The notes under the pieces: model-generated
Seen by the model: the letters and a program-made list of their open reading frames with translations, nothing else
Database searches by the model: none
What the model was told of the DNA's origin: nothing
Origin: Brachyspira murdochii DSM 12563
GTDB taxonomy: Bacteria > Spirochaetota > Brachyspiria > Brachyspirales > Brachyspiraceae
NCBI RefSeq assembly: GCF_000092845.1
Contig: NC_014150.1
Coordinates: 2,043,510 to 2,107,509 of the forward strand
Direction: 5' to 3'
Length of the DNA stretch: 64,000 bases
Program-made: the position numbers and the translations under genes
In this document: positions 8,872 through 18,139 of the stretch, piece after piece
Numbering within the stretch: position 1 is the first letter of the stretch
How the letters are laid out: every line of letters starts with the position of its first letter

Positions 8872-10101
8872 ATGAAAAAAATTATTTATTTATTTATGGT
8901 ATTTTTGACAATTGTCAATTTTTGGGGATGTGCTAAAAATAACAATGTTACTGCTCCTTCTTCAAGTATTAAAAAAACTGAAATTTCGTTTTCATATTTA
9001 GATGATCAATATCAAATTTCAGAAAATAAAACCGATAATATTCTCATGAAAACAAAAGATATAGCAGAAAATTTTTCTTTAATATCAAAAAAAACAGGAG
9101 AAAACGAATATACTGCTATAATAACTGATGAACAAAATAATATATCTGTTGCTATGGTATATAAAGATAATAAAGAATTTCCAGATCATATTTCTTTTTC
9201 TAAAGATGATAATTTAATTAGAGGTACAGCTTCAGATCATGTTAATGGGGCATTTGATGTATTGTGGAGTATGAATGGTATGGAAGAAGTTTTTTATAAT
9301 ATTAAATTATCTGATGATATATATAATTATAATAATATTTCTTCTTTAGATTCAAAAGAAAATTATCATGCTAAAACTCTAATTATAAGTTTAAAAATAT
9401 GGGATGCTATTAATAATTATGTTCAGGATAGTAATAATCAGCCTAAAGGAAGATTTTTCTTTTTTATTTTTGGAATAATAGCAGCAGTTGCCGCAGCAAC
9501 AGCTGCAACAGTAGCCACATTCGTTACAGCATTAGTAGTAACAGCTGTAGTATTAACTATAGGAGCAATAGTATCTACTCCAGTTGTTCCGCCAGCAATA
9601 AAACCAGATCCTGAAAACCCTACTTCATATCCTGATATTTCTACTTTTAATGTATTATATAATGGGGAAAAAATAGATAATAATACTACATTTACAATAG
9701 ATTATGATACAGGAGAGATAAATGTGAGAAAATCAGTTATGTTAAATCCTGAGTATTATAAGAATGCAAGACTAACTTTAAATCTATCTCATTCTGGGGC
9801 TAAAAACTCTAATAATGAATTAGAAGTTTTTGTAAAAATGGATGGAAATCATGGAGATCCTATTTCATTAATAAATGCTTATTATAATTTTTTTATGAAT
9901 GAGGAGCAAATTGGTTTTAGTAAAGATAATGAATATAAAATAGCGGATTTAGGATTCTCAAAAAGTAATTATATGAAATTGGATATAGTTAAAAAAAATA
10001 AAACTCCTGATAATTTTAATAATTTAATTTTAAAATTTGTATTTACAAATGTAAAAAGATTTGGTAAAATTGGAAAAGAATTTAAAATTCAAATAAATTA
10101 G
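8872..10101 (+). CDS. putative lipoprotein with an internal Ala/Val/Thr-rich hydrophobic segment
   Basis: MKKIIYLFMVFLTIVNFWGC has a lipobox-like Cys. The ATG at 8872 is preferred over the ORF-track start at 8812 because of the signal peptide. An ATTGACAAAAAA box sits upstream at ~8813. The internal stretch AAVAAATAATVATFVTALVVTAVVLTIGAIV is probably a TM segment. Confidence 0.45.
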   Translation: MKKIIYLFMVFLTIVNFWGCAKNNNVTAPSSSIKKTEISFSYLDDQYQISENKTDNILMKTKDIAENFSLISKKTGENEYTAIITDEQNNISVAMVYKDNKEFPDHISFSKDDNLIRGTASDHVNGAFDVLWSMNGMEEVFYNIKLSDDIYNYNNISSLDSKENYHAKTLIISLKIWDAINNYVQDSNNQPKGRFFFFIFGIIAAVAAATAATVATFVTALVVTAVVLTIGAIVSTPVVPPAIKPDPENPTSYPDISTFNVLYNGEKIDNNTTFTIDYDTGEINVRKSVMLNPEYYKNARLTLNLSHSGAKNSNNELEVFVKMDGNHGDPISLINAYYNFFMNEEQIGFSKDNEYKIADLGFSKSNYMKLDIVKKNKTPDNFNNLILKFVFTNVKRFGKIGKEFKIQIN

Positions 10102-10112
10102 GAAATTATCTT

Positions 10113-10964
10113 ATGAAAATAAAGTTACTCTTAACCATCATCATAACTATTTTATTGTTTAATATTCATATTTTATATTCAATGAAGTTTTCTCCTGAAT
10201 TTGGTATATTTATGAATATAGGGGCTTCAAAAATTTTTACTAAAACAGAAGTTGATCAAAATGAATATTCATACCTTGTTGATTTTAGAACTATAAAAGG
10301 GGATATATTTTTAGATTTTGAAGCTATTTTTCAATTAGGTGTAAAAAATAATATTAATAATAATATTGTTACAGGCTTAACTTCCCTTTTAGAAATAGGA
10401 TACAGCCCTTATATAATAAGCACAAAATATGAAGGTGAAAGTGATAGTATATATTATATCTTCACTGATAGAGTTATTCTTTATAGTTTAGTTTTAGGAG
10501 CTTTAGAGAAAATAGTTTTTAACAATTTTTCTATAGGTATAGGAGCAGGTGTATTATTTCCAATATCTGGTTTTGCTGCATCTAATCATCCTAGGAATAT
10601 AATATCAGTAATGCCTAGTGAAAATTTATCAATAATTTCACCATATAATAGTAAATTAGATTATGCATATATAAAAAAGCTATTTAAAGTTCCTGTTGCT
10701 CCCTATATAAAGATAACAGCAGAATATGCATTCAAACCTTATAAAATTGATAATGCTGAAATGGATTTTGTACTTGGAGCATATTTAAGTTATAACTTTG
10801 GTATGCAGTATGATGTTTCTGTATTGAATAGTAATATACCAAAGCAGGGAGATAATGGACTTATCATACCCGGTATATCTAGTAAAGATATGTTCTATAA
10901 ATATGATTATTCCAATTTGGATTTTGGGGTTACATTTGGTGTTTCTTTTAGAGCTTTAGAATAA
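10113..10964 (+). CDS. hypothetical secreted/outer-membrane-like protein, paralog of 47044-47799
   Basis: 283 aa with an N-terminal hydrophobic leader. It shares LFKVPVAPYIKITAEYAF...YNFGMQYDVSVLNSN with FKAPIMPYIKLTVEGFIY...YNFGMQYKTDVVNSN in the other copy. Amphipathic strands alternate, consistent with a beta-barrel. Confidence 0.4.
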   Translation: MKIKLLLTIIITILLFNIHILYSMKFSPEFGIFMNIGASKIFTKTEVDQNEYSYLVDFRTIKGDIFLDFEAIFQLGVKNNINNNIVTGLTSLLEIGYSPYIISTKYEGESDSIYYIFTDRVILYSLVLGALEKIVFNNFSIGIGAGVLFPISGFAASNHPRNIISVMPSENLSIISPYNSKLDYAYIKKLFKVPVAPYIKITAEYAFKPYKIDNAEMDFVLGAYLSYNFGMQYDVSVLNSNIPKQGDNGLIIPGISSKDMFYKYDYSNLDFGVTFGVSFRALE

Positions 10965-11032
10965 TTTGATATTTGATAAAAACCGTTATGATAGTGAATA
11001 TATCATGGCGGTTTTTAATTTTATTCTAATTC

Positions 11033-11236
11033 CCCGCCCTTTAAGATTTGTAATCCTTATTTTTTATTAATAAACTTCATCTACATTTAAAAGTTACATT
11101 TATATTTTTAACGCCCGCCCAAGTGTTTATTAACTTTTGAAACTTACTCAACGCACGTTAAACGCATTACTAAAAAACATCTGAATTATAATACAAAATG
11201 TATTTATTTTTTGGATTCGTTCTGCGTGCGTTAAAT
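11033..11236. repeat. intergenic GC-box repeat element, copy 3
   Basis: Boxes in the same order as the other copies: CCCCGCCCTTTAAGA, CGCCCGCCCAAGTGTTTATT, CAACGCACGTTAAACGC and CTGCGTGCGTTAAATA. Confidence 0.6.
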
Positions 11237-11267
11237 ATATGCTTATTTTAATAATACTTTATAAAAA

Positions 11268-11930
11268 CTATATTGATGATTTTTGTTTTTCCATTTCTTC
11301 ATATTTTTCAAAATCTTTAAGAGCTTCCTTGTTTTTATTCAATTTCTTTTTAATACTTCCTCTTAGAAAATATGCAAATGGATTATCAGGATTGAGTTCT
11401 ATTACTTTATCAATATCTTCCATACCTTTTTTATGCATGTCCAATCCAAATTTAGAAATACCTCTTAAATAGTATGCTTCAGAAAAATTAGCGTCTAATT
11501 CTATAACTTTATTAAAATCTGATATTGCCTCTTCATTCTTATTCAATACTAATTTAGAAAGCCCCCTATGCAGATACGCTTTTACATAATTGGAATCTAA
11601 TTCTATAGCTTTATCAAAATCTTTTAAAGCTTCTATATCCATATTTAACGCTACCATGTTAATACCTCTATAGAAATAGAACTTTGCACAATTTGGATCT
11701 AATTCTATAGCCCTATTGAAATCTTCTAAAGCCTCCTCTTTTTGGCTAAGTAATAATTTAGAAACACCTCTGTATAGGTAGCTTTTTGCATAATTAGGGT
11801 TTAATTCTATAGCCTTATCAAATACCTCTAATGCATTTTTATAGTCTTTATTGTTATAGTATGTAACAGCTTCTTTATAATAATTTTTAAATGATTCGTA
11901 CATAGTTATTTTCTCCGTTAAAATATTCAT
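11268..11930 (-). CDS. TPR repeat protein
   Basis: 220 aa made of six or more 34-residue units of the pattern ALxDFxKAIELxPNxAxAYxxRG. Confidence 0.8.
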   Translation of the reverse strand: MNILTEKITMYESFKNYYKEAVTYYNNKDYKNALEVFDKAIELNPNYAKSYLYRGVSKLLLSQKEEALEDFNRAIELDPNCAKFYFYRGINMVALNMDIEALKDFDKAIELDSNYVKAYLHRGLSKLVLNKNEEAISDFNKVIELDANFSEAYYLRGISKFGLDMHKKGMEDIDKVIELNPDNPFAYFLRGSIKKKLNKNKEALKDFEKYEEMEKQKSSI

Positions 11931-12397
11931 TAATAATTCTTATCCATTTAGAATTTATAACAGTATTTTAAGCTGAAATTTTAATAATTCTTTTACAATA
12001 TTTTTTATTTATTATAGTATAATTATAAGATTAATATTTTATTTATAATAAATCTTATATTATAGACTATTTTTACTTCTTACTTATTGCAATAATATAA
12101 ATTTTTAAATAAAAAATCAACAATAAAAAATATATTAGCCTTAAATTAATAAATAACATTTATAATTTTTTTATTAAAATTTATTTTATCTTTCACTGAT
12201 TCAAAAAAATATTAGTATTTAATTATTAAATATATGCTTATTAAAAAACTTTGGGCAAGTTCTAATAGATGTTAATTAAGATGTAAGTAACAATTTAGAG
12301 TAAAAAAGATATAGGGTGGGGGGGATAATAAAAACTGATTGAAATAAAAATGATTTAAATTTATAATAAATGAAGGATTATTAAAAAGGCATGTATT

Positions 12398-12970
12398 ATG
12401 AAAATTAGTGTATTAGCAGTTATATTAGTTATTCTTTCTTTTATATTTTATAATGAAATGACAAAACATCATTCTAATATATATATTACAATAGAAGAAA
12501 GTAACAATGAAGAAAATAACATCTATAATGGAAACTATATAGTAAGTGATAATGATATTATTTTAGAAAATAGTTATGATTTTGATAACAGTATAGAAAC
12601 TAAAGAAATTAGACGCCGTTGGAATAGAGATAGATATCATTATGATGCAGATTTTGGAGAGGCTTCAGAAGATTTATTTATTAGATTGGTAATAATATTT
12701 TTTATAGGATGTGCCATTATAGGCATTTTAGCAGATATGCTTTTTTTTAAAAATTACTCTTATAGATTTTATATTATTACATTTGCTGTAATTCTTATAA
12801 TGAGTTTGGCTATTATTTATAAAATACATGGAAACATGGCTATTTTTAATATGAATGGAAGTATTGAAAGCATGATAGAGTTATTAGCTTTTTTTTCCGG
12901 CGGTATACTGTCATTTATAGCATTGAGAATTAGTAAATACCTTAGAGATAATGATAAAAATAATAAATAA
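12398..12970 (+). CDS. small N-rich membrane protein, paralog family member P2
   Basis: 190 aa with the same architecture as 7937-8416: N-terminal TM, N/E-rich linker, IRRRWNRDRY motif and three C-terminal TM helices. Confidence 0.5.
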   Translation: MKISVLAVILVILSFIFYNEMTKHHSNIYITIEESNNEENNIYNGNYIVSDNDIILENSYDFDNSIETKEIRRRWNRDRYHYDADFGEASEDLFIRLVIIFFIGCAIIGILADMLFFKNYSYRFYIITFAVILIMSLAIIYKIHGNMAIFNMNGSIESMIELLAFFSGGILSFIALRISKYLRDNDKNNK

Positions 12971-13029
12971 TTTTATTTATATAGTGAATCTATTATAAAA
13001 AATAGCAAAATTAAAATTATTAAAATGTC

Positions 13030-13656
13030 TTATTTTGATTTTCTCTTTTCAGTTCTTTTAATTATATAAACAATTACAATTGTAGATAAAATAAAAATTA
13101 ATGATATTATTATATAATCTTTTAATGTAATATCCCCAAATAAAACAGAAGCAAAAAGATTGTTGTATCCTAATAATAAGTGAGCAATACCTTTTTGATT
13201 TGATAAAGTTGATTTCAAATCATTAGTATAATTGCTTGTAATGTTTTGATTATTGATAGCTGTATCAGTTGACGGAGCATTAATAAATGCTGCATATAAA
13301 AGAATAAGAAAAAATATAAAAGCAGCAAAAAATGTTTTTTTTATATTGTTATCTTTTATATTAAATAATGCTGTTATAACACCAATTGCTATAAATATAT
13401 ATTCATAAGTATTTTCAATGTATTTTATTATAAAAAATTCTGATACTCCAAAAAATGCTATTATTAATATTATAACTATACCAGGACCTAAACCATAACT
13501 GTCACCTAAAAAATCATCGAGATTCAAATCCCCTTTAATCAACACTAATATAAAAAATACTATTATAAAAGAGCATAAAAATAATGCTGACATTCTAAAT
13601 AAATCATTTTCTGGTATATTGATTTTGTATATTAAATTAAAAATTATATCTTTCAT
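13030..13656 (-). CDS. small polytopic membrane protein (P3)
   Basis: 208 aa with 5-6 hydrophobic helices. Its start lies 21 nt downstream of the stop of 13678-14229, so the two are probably co-transcribed. Confidence 0.45.
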   Translation of the reverse strand: MKDIIFNLIYKINIPENDLFRMSALFLCSFIIVFFILVLIKGDLNLDDFLGDSYGLGPGIVIILIIAFFGVSEFFIIKYIENTYEYIFIAIGVITALFNIKDNNIKKTFFAAFIFFLILLYAAFINAPSTDTAINNQNITSNYTNDLKSTLSNQKGIAHLLLGYNNLFASVLFGDITLKDYIIISLIFILSTIVIVYIIKRTEKRKSK

Positions 13657-13677
13657 AAATATTTTTTATTCTCCTTA

Positions 13678-14229
13678 TTAAGGCTTAGATTTATAATTTG
13701 CGAGCAACAAACCTAATATAATGCCAGCTGCTATACTTAAATATTCTTTGACAGTTATAATATTATCTTTTAACATAAAGAAAGCAAATATAGTAACTCC
13801 AATACACACTAATGGAAGTAAATTAATTATTAACTCCTTCTTATTTTTTAATCCTTCTTTTTTTATTTTATGAATTGCTAAAATACCAAATAGTGCTGAT
13901 GAAAAGCTAAGAATAAACATGATTGTAACTCTAAAAAATAAACTCTCTGGTATCCATTCAAATCTCACGTAATGAATACGCCTAGGATTTAGAGAATGTA
14001 TAACTAAATTAAGTAAATCATATTTTTCATTAGTAAAATCATATTTTTGATAATATTTATCAATCGTTTCTGATTTATTATTTACTGCATCGTACTTATT
14101 TAATATTGCAGGGGCATTAATAACAAACAATATTAATCCTATAAGTATTGCCATAGTAGGTATAATAAGAAGAATAGCTCTTATATAAATATTTTCTTCT
14201 CTATCTTTTCTTTCTTTTCTTTTTCTCAT
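13678..14229 (-). CDS. small membrane protein (P4), related to P1/P2
   Basis: 183 aa with a basic N-terminus, one TM, a linker, a NPRRIHYVRFEW basic/aromatic motif and two or more TM helices. A TATTGACAAAAAAAG box lies upstream at 14447-14461 on the minus strand. Confidence 0.45.
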   Translation of the reverse strand: MRKRKERKDREENIYIRAILLIIPTMAILIGLILFVINAPAILNKYDAVNNKSETIDKYYQKYDFTNEKYDLLNLVIHSLNPRRIHYVRFEWIPESLFFRVTIMFILSFSSALFGILAIHKIKKEGLKNKKELIINLLPLVCIGVTIFAFFMLKDNIITVKEYLSIAAGIILGLLLANYKSKP

Positions 14230-14432
14230 AATAACTTTATTATTTTTATTCTATAATTGTCTGTATTTATAAATATATTTTTATTAAAATATAATGATTA
14301 AGAAAAACAATACTTTTTTATTTATGATGATATAGACTTTTATAATAGAAAATAAAACTGTATTGTATAAATTAATAAATGCCTATAATTGAATTTAGAT
14401 GCATTCTACTTTTTTCATAATCCTATTATCAT

Positions 14433-14461
14433 TTTATTATATATGCTTTTTTTGTCAATAG
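14433..14461 (-). promoter_or_regulatory. putative promoter with the shared box CTTTTTTTGTCAATA (an extended -35 on the minus strand)
   Basis: The reverse complement reads TATTGACAaaaaaagcatatataaTAAAAT. The identical 15-mer recurs at 15137-15151. Confidence 0.3.
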
Positions 14462-14520
14462 AGCAGACTTGTTTCAAAACTTGTTAGTGCTTGTAGTTTT
14501 TTGATTTAATATTTTTTTAA

Positions 14521-15081
14521 TTAAGAAATTTTCCTAATTATAATATATGCTATAGAACCAAAAATTGCTCCGCTGAAAGCTAAATATTCTCTATTACTTT
14601 CCATTTTTATTACTATTACTATTAAAACGAATGCCATTAATGCCAGAGTAATCAACCCTACTAATATTGTTTCTATAGTCTCTCTAATATCTTCTTTTAG
14701 TTTTATCTCTTCATGATAATATTTTTGGGCTATAAGTGAGGTAATTATAAGCGATAATATATAAGTCAGTACATATACAATTAATACTCTCACACCAACA
14801 ATATTCAAATCCGCTTTTGATCCGCTATATTTAGATGATGAAGTTCCTTTTAATAATAATGTTATTATTTTTTGAAGTGTTTCTTCTTTATCAAAATTGT
14901 CAAAATTTGCTGCATTAGTTTGTTTATTATTATCTATTATTTCTTTTTTTTCTTGTATATTTTTATCAGCCTTAGCAAAAATTGTTATTGCAGTAGGAGG
15001 TATAGTACAAGATAAGAAGAGATATATTATTAAAGCTATTACATTAACTTTGCTATCATTTTTTTTCTTTTTAATTTTCAT
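14521..15081 (-). CDS. small membrane protein (P5)
   Basis: 186 aa with a KKKK N-terminus, one TM, a Q/N/K-rich linker and two C-terminal TM helices. The same 15-mer promoter box is found upstream at 15137-15151. Confidence 0.45.
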   Translation of the reverse strand: MKIKKKKNDSKVNVIALIIYLFLSCTIPPTAITIFAKADKNIQEKKEIIDNNKQTNAANFDNFDKEETLQKIITLLLKGTSSSKYSGSKADLNIVGVRVLIVYVLTYILSLIITSLIAQKYYHEEIKLKEDIRETIETILVGLITLALMAFVLIVIVIKMESNREYLAFSGAIFGSIAYIIIRKIS

Positions 15082-15533
15082 TTTTATTTAACTACTCTTT
15101 AATTAAAATTATAGTCTTTCAATTTTAATGAATATACTTTTTTTGTCAATACGGTATATATGTTTATTGAATTATACAAATAAATTATTTTTTTAATTTT
15201 TTATGCATATACTAAATTCATTTTCTCATCATAACTTTATTTTTTTGCTATCTAATCCTATATATTTGTAATTAAAATCTTATAAATGTTAAATATTTTA
15301 TTTTACTTTCTTATATTAAGAGCACATGCAATTATTATAGCAATAATAATATACAGAATCCCTACTATTGTTTTTTGTACGATTTAATACTATATGCTAT
15401 AAACATTATCAGATTATTATTATTTAAGCCTTTTATATTATAAATATAAAAAATTTTTGTAATCCTACTACAATTATAAATAAACCTATTACATAAAACC
15501 ATAATATATTAAAAATCAAAAAGTATAATTAAA

Positions 15534-15566
15534 GCCCTGTATTTTTTATACAGGGCTTATTTTTAT
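15534..15566 (-). terminator. bidirectional rho-independent terminator downstream of the oppA-like gene
   Basis: AAGCCCTGTA (loop tttttta) TACAGGGCTT is a perfect 10-bp stem flanked by T-runs. Confidence 0.55.
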
Positions 15567-15587
15567 AATTTTATTATTTATCTTATT

Positions 15588-17201
15588 TTATTCTAAATAA
15601 GCATAATGAAATTGATATTCCATTAAAGGAGTTAGTACATAATCTTTTAATCTTTTACTTACCAAAATAGGATTTGAAGGATTGTATATAGGTATAAGAA
15701 GATTGTCTTCAGCTATAAGCAGTTTTTCAGCTTCATGCATAGCCTTCATTCTTACAGCTTGGTCTGCAGTGCTTCTTGCAGTTTCTATATAGCTGTCAAA
15801 CATAGCATTGCTGTATCCTGCAGTATTTTGAGTTCTGTAGCTCAAATAATTTTCTAAAAATGTCATAGGATCGCTGTAATCGCCAATCCATAAAGTTCTT
15901 ATAAGCTGATAATTTTTATCGCTTCTCATCTGCTGATATGCTGCCCATTCCATAGATGATATTTGTAAGTCTACACCCAAAGCAGATTTCCACATTTGCT
16001 GAATAGCCTCTGCAGTATTTATATATACCAAGTCAGAAGTAGTTTTGTATTCAAGTACTGGAAAGCTTTCTCCATTAGGATATCCTGCTTCAGCCATTAA
16101 CTTTCTAGCCATTTCTACGTTATTGGAATAGGCTTCTTTTGATAAGTCTATATATTCTCCTCCGTTTTTTCTAAAATCGCCTTCTATATCATAAGCACCA
16201 ACAGGCACCCAAGCACTTGTAGGACTTTTAGCTGTAGGTACAACATTTTCTACTATATAGTTTCTGTCTATTGCCAAAGATAATGCTTTTCTTACTCTTA
16301 CATCTTTTAATACTTCATTAGTAGCATTAATACCAAATGCGACAGTAGAAAAATAAGGAGCTATATTTACTATGCCTTCCTCTTTTAATTTTTCTAAATC
16401 TTGCTCAATAATATATACAGAAAAATCTAAAGAGCCTTCTTTTACTCCTGCAAGTGCTAAAGTAGCATCTTTCATCATTACAAAAGTAATTTTTTCCGGC
16501 ACTATATTATTTTGATTCCAATAGTTGGTATTTTTTATCATAACAATTTTTTCATCAGGGTTTCTTTCAGTCATAATAAAAGCACCGTTTCCTATATAGC
16601 TTTCAGGACTTAGTGACCATTGATCTCCGTACAGTTCTATAATATCTTTTCTTACTGGGGCAAATATAGGATAAGTTAAAATATCTAAAAAATATCCTGT
16701 AGGATTTTCCAATGTTATTTCTAAAGTATAATCATCAATAGCTTTAACTCCTAGCTCTTCTACAGGAAGTTCGCTTGAAAGCACTTTAACTGCATTTTTT
16801 ATATATTCTATAAAAGAAGTATATTCAGCACCGCTTAAAGGATTGGCTGCTCTTTGTAATGCATATACAAAATCATCAGCAACTACATTTTTTTTGCCGT
16901 CAGACCATATAGCATTGGTTCTCAAATAAAAAGTATATGTAAGTCCGTCTTCGGATATATCCCAGCTTTCGCATGCACCTGCCTGAAGATTGCCTTCTTT
17001 GTCTTTTGTTATTAATGTTTCAAATACATGTCTTGGATATACAAAATCATTTCCTGATAGGGTAGGGTCTATTGTTTTAGGTTCTTCTCCTGCATTTATA
17101 AATAGTTCTTTACTGTTTCTTTCTTCGGCTGAATTACCACCGCATGATATGCTAAATATTGTTACTATACTTAATAGAATTAATATAATATTTCTAATCA
17201 T
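15588..17201 (-). CDS. ABC transporter substrate-binding (lipo)protein, family 5 (oligopeptide OppA-like); orphan
   Basis: The start is placed at MIRNIILILLSIVTIFSISCGG (ATG at 17201), which has an AAGGA ribosome-binding site, rather than the ORF-track start at 17264. The sequence shows family-5 binding-protein length and motifs. No permease or ATPase gene is adjacent. Confidence 0.75.
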   Translation of the reverse strand: MIRNIILILLSIVTIFSISCGGNSAEERNSKELFINAGEEPKTIDPTLSGNDFVYPRHVFETLITKDKEGNLQAGACESWDISEDGLTYTFYLRTNAIWSDGKKNVVADDFVYALQRAANPLSGAEYTSFIEYIKNAVKVLSSELPVEELGVKAIDDYTLEITLENPTGYFLDILTYPIFAPVRKDIIELYGDQWSLSPESYIGNGAFIMTERNPDEKIVMIKNTNYWNQNNIVPEKITFVMMKDATLALAGVKEGSLDFSVYIIEQDLEKLKEEGIVNIAPYFSTVAFGINATNEVLKDVRVRKALSLAIDRNYIVENVVPTAKSPTSAWVPVGAYDIEGDFRKNGGEYIDLSKEAYSNNVEMARKLMAEAGYPNGESFPVLEYKTTSDLVYINTAEAIQQMWKSALGVDLQISSMEWAAYQQMRSDKNYQLIRTLWIGDYSDPMTFLENYLSYRTQNTAGYSNAMFDSYIETARSTADQAVRMKAMHEAEKLLIAEDNLLIPIYNPSNPILVSKRLKDYVLTPLMEYQFHYAYLE

Positions 17202-17350
17202 AGTAATATCCTTAATAAAAAAATTATTAGTTATCATAATACTATAATAATTAATATAATGCAATTATTTTTTACAATTTATTGATATGAATTTTTACTT
17301 AAATTATTATCTTTAAGTTTTAAAACAAAAAAAGATTCAGGAGAAATCAT

Positions 17351-18040
17351 ATGAAAAAAATAATTTCTTTTTTATTTATCTTAGTATTATCAATTCCTCT
17401 TTATTCACAAACTTCAAGATTTACAAGGCTCACTCCAGAAGAGCTTACAAATCTTGCAAATCCAAGAAGACTCTCTCATAGAATATTTTATACAAAACCG
17501 TCTCAAGGTCCTAATGCAAAATGGTTTGATGCTGTAAAAGAAGGCAATCTTGATGAGATAAAAAGAATGGTAGAAGCAGGTCAGAATATAGAAGTTCAGG
17601 ATACATACAGCTTAAAACAAACTGCTTTAGGCTGGGCTGCTTTTATAGGATATTTGGATGTTGTGGAGTATTTGGTATCTAAAGGTGCTAATTTATATGC
17701 CGGAGATACTGCTGATGTTACAAGTGCTTTTAAATCTGCTATACTTGGAGGCAATATTAAAGTAATAGAGTATTTATATCCTTTATACAATGGTAAATTA
17801 AATCTTAATGAGCAGGATAAAAGAGACGGAGAAACAATGCTTATGGTAGCAGCAGGAAACAGCAGAGAAGATGCAGTTAAATTTTTACTTGATAAAAAAG
17901 TTGATGTAAATATAGTAAGTAAACAGTTAAATAAATCAGCCTATACATATGCATGTGAATCAGGCAATCAGAATATAATTAAGATGATAGAGGCAGCGGG
18001 CGGAATTAATGTACGTACTGGAAAGGCTTCATGTAGATAG
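17351..18040 (+). CDS. secreted ankyrin-repeat protein
   Basis: A signal peptide MKKIISFLFILVLSIPLYSQ is followed by four or more ANK units (TALGWAAFIGYLDVVEYLVSKGANL and others). Confidence 0.8.
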   Translation: MKKIISFLFILVLSIPLYSQTSRFTRLTPEELTNLANPRRLSHRIFYTKPSQGPNAKWFDAVKEGNLDEIKRMVEAGQNIEVQDTYSLKQTALGWAAFIGYLDVVEYLVSKGANLYAGDTADVTSAFKSAILGGNIKVIEYLYPLYNGKLNLNEQDKRDGETMLMVAAGNSREDAVKFLLDKKVDVNIVSKQLNKSAYTYACESGNQNIIKMIEAAGGINVRTGKASCR

Positions 18041-18139
18041 TAGATAATAATATAAAGCAGATAAATTATAATAATTAATAAAAAATAATGGGACTTTTTA
18101 TAAAAGAAAAGCCCCATTATTTTTTAAAAGTTTTATCTA

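Noticed and set aside
17202-17264. Longer start for the OppA-like gene (MHYINYYSIMITNNFFIKDIT...)
   Set aside because: The internal ATG at 17201 has an AAGGA ribosome-binding site and begins the signal peptide. The extension has neither.
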